Shown: positions 35,826 to 42,602 of the stretch, in pieces | Numbering within the stretch: position 1 is the stretch's first letter | Layout: every line of letters starts with the position of its first letter | Origin: an uncultured Gammaproteobacteria bacterium | GTDB taxonomy: Bacteria; Patescibacteriota; Patescibacteriia; Patescibacteriales; JAKAJF01 | DNA: 56,391 nucleotides | Reading direction: 5' to 3' | Assembly: GCA_964360445.1 (NCBI GenBank) | Contig: CAYHWE010000002.1 | Span: 1-56,391, forward strand | Program-made: the position numbers and the translations under genes | The notes under the pieces: model-generated | The model's input: the letters and a program-made list of their open reading frames with translations, nothing else | The model's database searches: none | What the model was told of the DNA's origin: nothing

Positions 35826-38606
35826 ATGTCATTTTTAAATTGGATTTTTGGCGATCCGAACCAAAAGGTAATCGAGTCAATCCAGCCGATAGTCGCGGAA
35901 ATCAATAAGCTGGAAGAGAAAATTTCGAAGATGAATGATGAGGAATTAAGAGGGATGACTTTGGAATTGAAAAAGAGGATCGGCCTGCCTGCGCAGGCAG
36001 GCAGTCCGGAAAGCAAGGAGGAGTTGGATAAAAAATTAGATGAAATCTTGCCGGAAGCATTCGCGGTCGTAAGAGAGGCGGGCAAGAGGGTTTTGGGACA
36101 GAGGCATTACGATGTGCAGCTTGTTGGCGGCATCGTGCTTCATCGCGGCCAGATTGCGGAAATGAGAACCGGTGAAGGCAAGACTTTGGTCGCGACCCTG
36201 CCTTTGTATCTGAACGCTTTGGCCGGAAAAGGCGCGCATCTTGTTACGGTCAATGATTATCTGTCCCGCGTCGGCGCCGGCTGGATGGCGCGTGTTTATC
36301 ATTTTCTCGGACTGACGGCCGGCGTTATCATCCATGATGCCGCCTTTGTTTATGATCCAGAATATACGGATGAATCGCAGTTTGATGAAAGGATGAAAAA
36401 TTTCCGGCCATGCTCAAGACGCGACGCTTACGGGTGCGATGTTCTGTATGGCACTAACAATGAATTCGGTTTTGATTATTTGCGCGACAATATGGCTCCG
36501 AGTCTGGAGAAGCAGGTGCAGCGGGATCTGCATTACGCGATCGTCGATGAAGTCGATTCTATCCTGATCGATGAAGCAAGGACTCCATTGATCATCAGCG
36601 CGCCGGCCGAGGAGTCGACCGACAAATATTATAAATTCGCGCAGCTTGTCGAGCAGCTGAAAGAGAACGAAGATTATAATGTCGATGAAAAGATGCGCGC
36701 CGCGACTTTGACTGAAGCCGGCATCGCGAAGATGGAAAAACTGCTTGGCGTGGAAAATATTTATATCGCCAGCGGAATCCGCGAAGTGCATCATATCGAA
36801 CAGGCTTTGAAGGCAAAAGTATTATTCAAGAATGACAGGGATTATGTCATCAAAGAAGGAGAAATAATCATTGTCGATGAATTTACCGGAAGATTGATGC
36901 CGGGCCGAAGGTATTCGGACGGACTGCATCAGGCGATCGAAGCGAAAGAAGGCGTTGATATCCAGCGCGAATCGCAGACTTTAGCGACCGTCACTTTCCA
37001 GAATTATTTCAGGATGTATGGAAAGCTTTCCGGTATGACCGGAACCGCCTTGACCGAAGCGGAGGAATTCGCAAAAATTTACAATCTGGAAACAGTTTCG
37101 ATCCCGACCCATAGATCAATGGCGAGAATCGATATGAATGACCTTATCTACCGGACGGAAGAAGGCAAGTTTAAGGCTGTGGTCGAGGAAGCGAAGCGCA
37201 GAAGCAGATTAGGGCAGCCGGTTTTGGTCGGTACTATTTCAATTGAAAAAAACGAAGTATTGGGCGAAATGATGGAGCGCGCCGGCGTCAATCCGAAAAT
37301 TTTGAATGCCAAGAACCATGCCAAAGAAGCGCAGATCATTGCGGAAGCGGGCAGGGTGGGCGTAGTTACGATTGCGACCAATATGGCGGGACGCGGAGTC
37401 GATATCATGCTTGGCGGCAGCGAACCCGCAAAAAATGATCCGCAATATGAAGAATGGAAAAAAGAACATGACAGAGTTTTAGAACTCGGCGGCTTGCATG
37501 TGATCGGCACGGAAAGACATGAATCAAGACGTATCGACAACCAGTTGAGAGGACGCGCCGGACGCCAGGGTGATCAAGGTTCGTCCCAGTTTTATGTTTC
37601 GACCGAGGATGATCTTATGCGCATATTCGGCGGCGACAGGATGAAGAATCTGATGAAAACCCTGAACGTTCCGGAAGATATGCCGATTGAGAATAAGATC
37701 ATTTCAAAATCGATCGAGAGCGCGCAGAAGAAAGTCGAAGGCAACAATTTCGATATCAGAAAACATCTGGTTGAATATGATGATGTTTTGAATAAGCACC
37801 GCGAAGCGATCTATCGCCGCAGAAAAGAAATTTTAAAGATTGACAACGGCGGCAAAACACAGCTTTCTGGAATTGTTTTAGAAATGATTGAAAATGAAAT
37901 CGAGCAGGTGGTAAGTTTCCATACGGCATCAAAAGAAATCAGGGAGTGGAATCTGGATGAAATCAAACAGGTCGTTTCAACGATTTTCCCGATAAATAAT
38001 GACATTAAAAAGGATCTGGATCACTTGATCGCGGATGGCGATAAATTGGATAAGGCAAAAGCAAGGACGGAAGTAATTGAATATCTGACAAAAAAAGCCG
38101 GTGAGAAATATGAGGCGATGGTCAAGGAAATTTCCCAAGCGGGAATCAATTGGTCCGAAGTCGAGAAATCAGTATTGCTCCGTTCATTCGATACGCTTTG
38201 GATCGAGCATTTAGAAGCGATCTCTTCTTTAAGGCAGGGAATCGGTTTGCGCGGATACGGACAGCGCGATCCGTTGATCGAATATAAAAAAGAAGCCTAT
38301 CGCTTATTTAATGATTTGAATAGTTTGATCCAGAAAGAAGTCGTTTACAGCATCTTCAAGGTTGGCGAATTGCACGAGTTAACAATTTTAAAAACAGAAG
38401 CAGGCAGGAAAGAACAGCTCTTAGCTCCGGATCTTTTAAGCAGGGCGAAAGAATTTAGCGCGCCTGCAAAAGAGATGGGCGGCAACGCGACAACTTTTGC
38501 GGACGTGAAAAAGAAAGAGAAGAATGAAGAAGGCGAGAAGATCGGCCGCAATGACGCATGCCCTTGCGGAAGCGGGAAGAAGTATAAGAAATGCCATGGG
38601 AAATAG
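35826..38606 (+). CDS. secA: Preprotein translocase ATPase SecA
   Basis: 926 aa with [14 protein letters not shown], the DEAD-like [28 protein letters not shown], and the C-terminal zinc motif [14 protein letters not shown]. Confidence 0.95.
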   Translation: MSFLNWIFGDPNQKVIESIQPIVAEINKLEEKISKMNDEELRGMTLELKKRIGLPAQAGSPESKEELDKKLDEILPEAFAVVREAGKRVLGQRHYDVQLVGGIVLHRGQIAEMRTGEGKTLVATLPLYLNALAGKGAHLVTVNDYLSRVGAGWMARVYHFLGLTAGVIIHDAAFVYDPEYTDESQFDERMKNFRPCSRRDAYGCDVLYGTNNEFGFDYLRDNMAPSLEKQVQRDLHYAIVDEVDSILIDEARTPLIISAPAEESTDKYYKFAQLVEQLKENEDYNVDEKMRAATLTEAGIAKMEKLLGVENIYIASGIREVHHIEQALKAKVLFKNDRDYVIKEGEIIIVDEFTGRLMPGRRYSDGLHQAIEAKEGVDIQRESQTLATVTFQNYFRMYGKLSGMTGTALTEAEEFAKIYNLETVSIPTHRSMARIDMNDLIYRTEEGKFKAVVEEAKRRSRLGQPVLVGTISIEKNEVLGEMMERAGVNPKILNAKNHAKEAQIIAEAGRVGVVTIATNMAGRGVDIMLGGSEPAKNDPQYEEWKKEHDRVLELGGLHVIGTERHESRRIDNQLRGRAGRQGDQGSSQFYVSTEDDLMRIFGGDRMKNLMKTLNVPEDMPIENKIISKSIESAQKKVEGNNFDIRKHLVEYDDVLNKHREAIYRRRKEILKIDNGGKTQLSGIVLEMIENEIEQVVSFHTASKEIREWNLDEIKQVVSTIFPINNDIKKDLDHLIADGDKLDKAKARTEVIEYLTKKAGEKYEAMVKEISQAGINWSEVEKSVLLRSFDTLWIEHLEAISSLRQGIGLRGYGQRDPLIEYKKEAYRLFNDLNSLIQKEVVYSIFKVGELHELTILKTEAGRKEQLLAPDLLSRAKEFSAPAKEMGGNATTFADVKKKEKNEEGEKIGRNDACPCGSGKKYKKCHGK

Positions 38607-38607
38607 T

Positions 38608-38796
38608 ATGAAAAAAGAAATTTTCGAAAAAGAAATTGCAATGTGCCGTGATTTGTTCCGGAAAAATGGCGGTAAGTGCAATTGGGGTGAGTGTGAAAAA
38701 TGCGGGGTAATTCCATTATTATATAAGTTGGGAAAGGGTAAATTGTATGAGGATAAGAGTGATGTAGAGAAAATAAAAAAGGATATATTGCAATAA
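38608..38796 (+). CDS. Small (62 aa) Cys-containing hypothetical protein
   Basis: The ATG is 2 nt after the secA stop. Sequence MKKEIFEKEIAMCRDLF..GGKCNWGECEKCG. The longer track ORF (38524) overlaps secA and was rejected. Confidence 0.4.
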   Translation: MKKEIFEKEIAMCRDLFRKNGGKCNWGECEKCGVIPLLYKLGKGKLYEDKSDVEKIKKDILQ

Positions 38797-38802
38797 GTAA
38801 AT

Positions 38803-39657
38803 ATGGACAACATAATCATCACAAATCAAGAAAAATTAGATGCAGTAAAAGCGAGGATTATCGCGGATGGGCCGGAAAAGCTCCATGTAGTTTCGGATTT
38901 TGATAAGACTCTGACTTCTTGTTTCGTCAATGGAGCGAAAATCGCTTCCCTGATTTCAATCTTGCGCGATGAAAATTATCTGACTCCTGATTATCCGGAA
39001 AAAGCTAAGGCGCTTTTTGAAAAATATCATCCGATCGAAATTGATCCCTCCGTGTCTTTAGAAAAAAAGAAAAGATGGATGCATGAATGGTGGAATGCGC
39101 ATTTTGAACTGCTTATAAAATCAAAATTGAATAAGAAAGATTTAGAGAAAATTATTAACTCTGAAAATATTTCTTTACGTCCCGGTGTTTTGGAATTATT
39201 GGACTCTTTAAAGGCTAATAATATTCCGTTAATTATTATTTCTGCGGCCGGGCTCGGAACAGAATCTATTTCTTTGTATTTGAATAAATTCAACAGATTG
39301 CATAATAATATCCATATCGATTCCAATGCGTTTATTTGGAATGATTCCGGCCATGCAACCAGTATTGAAGAGCCGATTGTCCATGTTTTCAATAAGGATT
39401 ATTCATCTGTTAAGGCCCATTCTTTTTACGAGCAGGTAAAAGACAGGAAGAATGTCTTGTTATTAGGTGATAGCGAAGGAGATGCGAGCATGATTGACGG
39501 TTTTGATTGTGAAAATGTTATCAAGATCGGATTTTTGAATGAGATTTCAGAAAATGGAGATTCATTAGAGTTATTCAAGAAAAATTTTGATGTCATTATT
39601 TTGAATGATGGACCGATGGATTTTGTTAATGATTTATTGAAAGAAGTGGTAAAATAA
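38803..39657 (+). CDS. HAD-superfamily pyrimidine/7-methylguanosine 5'-nucleotidase (UMPH-1 / cytosolic 5'-nucleotidase III family)
   Basis: VVSDFDKTLT, EKYHPIEIDPSVSLEKKKRWMHEWW, IISAAGLG, HVFNK, LLLGDSEGDASMIDG and IKIGFLNE run collinear with my recollection of animal NT5C3. Confidence 0.8.
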   Translation: MDNIIITNQEKLDAVKARIIADGPEKLHVVSDFDKTLTSCFVNGAKIASLISILRDENYLTPDYPEKAKALFEKYHPIEIDPSVSLEKKKRWMHEWWNAHFELLIKSKLNKKDLEKIINSENISLRPGVLELLDSLKANNIPLIIISAAGLGTESISLYLNKFNRLHNNIHIDSNAFIWNDSGHATSIEEPIVHVFNKDYSSVKAHSFYEQVKDRKNVLLLGDSEGDASMIDGFDCENVIKIGFLNEISENGDSLELFKKNFDVIILNDGPMDFVNDLLKEVVK

Positions 39658-39663
39658 ATTTGT

Positions 39664-39834
39664 ATTGTCATTGCGAGGAGCGGAGCGACGCGGCAATCTC
39701 TGGTTTATCGGAATGAAGATTATTTTAAGTATGAGTATGTAGAAATAGCAAGCTTAAATATTTTGCATAAAAACATTCTTTCGCGCGACTAACCTGAGAT
39801 TGCTTCGCTGCACTCCGTTACGCTCACAATGACA
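39664..39834. mobile_element. MITE/REP-like palindromic intergenic element (about 171 bp) with imperfect terminal inverted repeats
   Basis: The left arm attgtcattgcgaggagcggagcgacgcggcaatctc matches the reverse complement of the right arm gagattgcttcgctgcactccgttacgctcacaatgaca. The core is AT-rich. The element fills the whole gap between the stop at 39657 and ATG 39837. Confidence 0.5.
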
Positions 39835-39836
39835 TT

Positions 39837-40268
39837 ATGAAACAAAAAAGAAAAATTTCAATATTTTTGCCAATTAAATATAATGAAGATGAATTAATGG
39901 TTTATCTTCAAAAACGTTCGGCAGATATGGAGAAGCTTCCAAATTATTTTGGTTTTTGGGGCGGCGGAGCGGAAGGAGATGAAACTGCCGAAGAAGCTTT
40001 AATTAGGGAGATTAAGGAAGAAATGAGTTTTGATATTAATATTAATCAGGTTGAACTTTTTAATATTTACGAATTTATTAGAAGTACAAAATCAATTTTT
40101 GTATTTAAACCAGAAGACGGCTGGGAAAATAAAATTGTAATCGGCGAAGGAGATTACGGTAGATGGTTGACGGCATCGGAGGCTTTAAGATTGGATAGTA
40201 TGATTTTGGAAGACAAAGTTGTTATTAATGACTTAGAAAGAATTTTACTTAAAAAGCCGATCAGGTAA
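39837..40268 (+). CDS. Nudix hydrolase
   Basis: Nudix box GGGAEGDETAEEALIREIKEEMSF. Confidence 0.75.
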   Translation: MKQKRKISIFLPIKYNEDELMVYLQKRSADMEKLPNYFGFWGGGAEGDETAEEALIREIKEEMSFDININQVELFNIYEFIRSTKSIFVFKPEDGWENKIVIGEGDYGRWLTASEALRLDSMILEDKVVINDLERILLKKPIR

Positions 40269-40273
40269 TTGCC

Positions 40274-40600
40274 ATGCAACTACAAGATTTTCAAAATTTA
40301 ATCTGGGGTATATCGGGAAAAGAGGACGGAAAAATGAAATTGGATACGGAAATTGCTTTTGAGAATAGGAAAAATTTTTTTAATAAAATCGGAATTGATT
40401 TTGAGGATACGGTTTCTGCTGGGTTGGTGCATGGAAATAGAATTGAAACAGTTGATGAAGATAGTGAGAGGATAATAAAAGAAGTTGACGGATTGATTAC
40501 GAATAATAAAAATTTATTTTTGACTATTGCCATTATTTTTTGTCTTGCCGGAGGAACGGCCTGGGCGGCTATAATCGATCTTTTTGGTTTAGATAAGTAA
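40274..40600 (+). pseudogene. pgeF: N-terminal remnant of pgeF/YfiH (DUF152 purine nucleoside phosphorylase / peptidoglycan editing factor)
   Basis: ISGKEDGKM...NRKNFF..IGI...VSAGLVHGNRIE.V......EVDGLITNNKNLFLTI matches the first ~85 aa of the family. The expected ADC..P and HAGWRG regions are absent. The shifted frames read DYC and LPLFFVLPEE, and the ORF ends about 150 aa short. Confidence 0.45.
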
Positions 40601-40613
40601 GTTTTTGCAATCA

Positions 40614-40647
40614 GCCACGCATTGTCTATATGCGTGGCATTTTTTAT
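40614..40647 (+). terminator. Hairpin plus T-run after the pgeF remnant
   Basis: CCACGCAttgtctataTGCGTGG followed by cattttttat. Confidence 0.45.
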
Positions 40648-40649
40648 AA

Positions 40650-40680
40650 ATAAAAAGCGGCGAGCTTATCGGCTCGCCGC
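40650..40680 (-). terminator. Rho-independent terminator of the minus-strand two-gene cassette
   Basis: The + strand reads GCGGCGAGCttatcgGCTCGCCGC. On the - strand the hairpin is followed by TTTTTATTTAT. It overlaps the last codons of the 81-83 aa ORF. Confidence 0.55.
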
Positions 40681-40911
40681 GTTTCTTCTTAATTCAGCTC
40701 GCTTGACGTGTATGGCCTGCACCGACCTTCCGATCTGTTTCCCCAGTATTGAATCAGGAAGGTTTTTTTCCGATGTGATGAGAAGGATTTCCAGCTCAGT
40801 CCATCTTTTATTCGAGTTTTTTCGATTGTCGGGATGCTCTCTGTGTTTTTTATAATATCTTTGTTTGTCTTCTTGTCTTTTTTTCGGACTGCGATATTTA
40901 TTCCTGCCCAT
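40666..40911 (-). CDS. Small, very basic protein with a Myb/SANT- or GcrA-like helix-turn-helix
   Basis: A Lys/Arg-rich N-terminus, then RWTELEILLITSEKNLPDSILGKQIGRSVQAIHVKRAEL. SD GGAGG sits 7 nt before ATG 40911, inside the 3' end of the upstream small ORF. Confidence 0.45.
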   Translation of the reverse strand: MGRNKYRSPKKRQEDKQRYYKKHREHPDNRKNSNKRWTELEILLITSEKNLPDSILGKQIGRSVQAIHVKRAELRRNAASR

Positions 40912-41056
40912 TCGCATTACCTCCCGAAAAGCAGGTTTCCGCCTCCGCCCTAAGGGTGAATGTTCCGATCTGGCCGCACTCAGGGCAAATCTCGCCGGCG
41001 TCGGTTGGTTTGATGATGTGGCCGCATTTGCTGCAATGTTTATCCGTTCCTGTCAT
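40898..41056 (-). CDS. 52-aa zinc-ribbon protein (not in the ORF track)
   Basis: Hand translation gives MTGTDKHCSKCGHIIKPTDAGEICPECGQIGTFTLRAEAETCFSGGNANGQE. SD GGAGGAG lies 5 nt upstream. It overlaps the next ORF by about 14-20 nt. Confidence 0.4.
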   Translation of the reverse strand: MTGTDKHCSKCGHIIKPTDAGEICPECGQIGTFTLRAEAETCFSGGNANGQE

Positions 41057-41113
41057 CGCTCTCCTCCTTTAATGAACAAAAGGGGATTGATTCCCCCAGT
41101 TTTTTATAATTTT

Positions 41114-41142
41114 ATTTAATCAATAAAAACACCGCCTGTCAA
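41114..41142 (-). promoter_or_regulatory. Candidate promoter of the minus-strand cassette, divergent from maf
   Basis: On the - strand: TTGACA, a 17-nt spacer, then TTAAAT. Confidence 0.35.
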
Positions 41143-41163
41143 ACTGGCATGATAATAAATTGA

Positions 41164-41172
41164 TGTTATAAT
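41164..41172 (+). promoter_or_regulatory. Extended -10 promoter (TGtTATAAT) of maf
   Basis: TGTTATAAT ends 8 nt before ATG 41181. Confidence 0.4.
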
Positions 41173-41180
41173 GGGTTTAT

Positions 41181-41747
41181 ATGAAAATAATCTTAGGTTC
41201 ACAATCAAAATGGCGGAAGGGGATTTTGGAGGGCATGGGGTATAAATTTGATGTCATGTCGCCGGATATAGATGAGAAAGCGATCAGGGATGATGATCCG
41301 AATGAATTGACTTTGAAATTGGCACGCGCCAAGGCAGAAGCGCTTTTGCCAAGGATCAAGGACGAAGTGATTTTGATTACTTCGGATCAGGTCGTTGTCT
41401 GCAATGGTGAAGTCCGGGAAAAGCCGGAGAGCGAAGAGCAGGCGAGGGAGTATTTAAAAAGTTATGCCAAGTATCCGATTGAAACAGTGACTGCAGTTTT
41501 TGCAATAAACACAAAAACAGGGAAAAGAGCCGAGGGTGTCGATGTTGTTAGCCTTCATTTTGCGCCGATTCCGGAGGATGTTATCGAGAAATTGATCAGC
41601 AGCGGCGATATTTTTACCTGCGCAGGCGGCTTTTCTTTGGAAATAGCTGTTTTGGAAAATTTATTGGGACAAATCGATGGCGAGCGGGAAAGCGTGATCG
41701 GCATGCCAAAGACATTGACCGAGAGATTGATCAAGGAAGTTTCATAA
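41181..41747 (+). CDS. maf: Maf-family nucleoside triphosphate pyrophosphatase
   Basis: IILGSQSKWRKGIL...DVMSPDIDEK, TSDQVVV, EKP, and GGFSLE...VIGMP. Confidence 0.8.
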   Translation: MKIILGSQSKWRKGILEGMGYKFDVMSPDIDEKAIRDDDPNELTLKLARAKAEALLPRIKDEVILITSDQVVVCNGEVREKPESEEQAREYLKSYAKYPIETVTAVFAINTKTGKRAEGVDVVSLHFAPIPEDVIEKLISSGDIFTCAGGFSLEIAVLENLLGQIDGERESVIGMPKTLTERLIKEVS

Positions 41748-41810
41748 GTTTATTGACTTTTTTCCCGAAAAGAATAAACTGGATTAAAGCGAACCTTAAG
41801 GAGGTTAAAG

Positions 41811-42434
41811 ATGAATACCGGACATTTGCTTTCAAAAGAGGCTTTATTTCTTATGGGCTGGTTGAAGGGGCTCGGTATGCAGATGGCCACAAAGGCCATT
41901 TATTTTATGGCGGAGGCGCACAAGGGACAAAAAAGAGATGATGGCAGGGATTATGCCGAACACCCGACAAGAATAGCCAGGATGCTTTTAAGCCTTGGTA
42001 TCCGTGATGAAGCGACTATAGTAGCCGCTCTGCACCATGATACCGTTGAAGATGGCCGTACGACATTGCAGACAATCAGAGAGAAATTCGGAGATGATGT
42101 TGCTCTTCTTGTAGATTTGCTGACAAAAAATAAGAATATGTCAGCAGAGGAGTATCAGAGAAATCTCCGCCGCGATAAGAGGGCGGTTTTGATCAAGGCG
42201 GCGGACAGGCTTTGCAATGTTGAAGATATGGTAGATGTCTTTACTTCGGAGAGGCTGATAAAATACATAAAAGAAACCGAGGAGGTTATAATTCCCATGA
42301 TGAAATGGGCAAGGAGGGAGTTTCCGGAATATGCCAATATCCTGATCATTCTCCGTGACAGCATAAAAGCGATTCTGCGGGTAGCAAAAAAACTTGCGCA
42401 GGTTGAAAATATGAAAGCAGGCGCAGGAGTTTGA
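41811..42434 (+). CDS. Stand-alone HD-domain (p)ppGpp pyrophosphohydrolase (SpoT/Mesh1-like small alarmone hydrolase)
   Basis: AHKGQKRDDGRDYAEHPTRIARML, AALHHDTVEDG and FGDDVALLVDLLTK. SD AGGAGG lies 8 nt before the ATG. Confidence 0.7.
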   Translation: MNTGHLLSKEALFLMGWLKGLGMQMATKAIYFMAEAHKGQKRDDGRDYAEHPTRIARMLLSLGIRDEATIVAALHHDTVEDGRTTLQTIREKFGDDVALLVDLLTKNKNMSAEEYQRNLRRDKRAVLIKAADRLCNVEDMVDVFTSERLIKYIKETEEVIIPMMKWARREFPEYANILIILRDSIKAILRVAKKLAQVENMKAGAGV

Positions 42435-42446
42435 ATCCGTATCATG

Positions 42447-42471
42447 GCCCGAAGAGATTCGGGCTTTTTTT
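42447..42471 (+). terminator. Rho-independent terminator
   Basis: GCCCGAAgagaTTCGGGC followed by T7. Confidence 0.65.
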
Positions 42472-42602
42472 ATTTTTTATGTTTTTGGCTATTTTTTGCT
42501 TATCACAAAATTTTCTCATCTTTTTGTCAATATTGCATATAAATACATAATAGTTTAAAATATCTAATATATTAATTAAATACCTGTAGGGTTCTATTTT
42601 TT

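Noticed and set aside
38524-38607. Upstream extension of the small ORF that overlaps the secA C-terminus.
   Set aside because: The extension is out of frame inside the conserved SecA zinc-finger region. The ATG at 38608, immediately after the secA stop, is the parsimonious start.
40622-41119. The + strand ORFs 40622-40855 and 40865-41119 in the pgeF-maf gap.
   Set aside because: They have no SD or promoter and are Cys/Phe/Leu-rich nonsense-like sequence. The opposite strand has a promoter, two SD sites, coupled ORFs and a terminator. This remains an inference without expression data.
41753-41941. 62-aa + strand ORF overlapping the start of the HD hydrolase gene.
   Set aside because: It has no SD or motif. 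The overlapping frame from 41811 has a perfect AGGAGG SD and clear HD-domain signatures.
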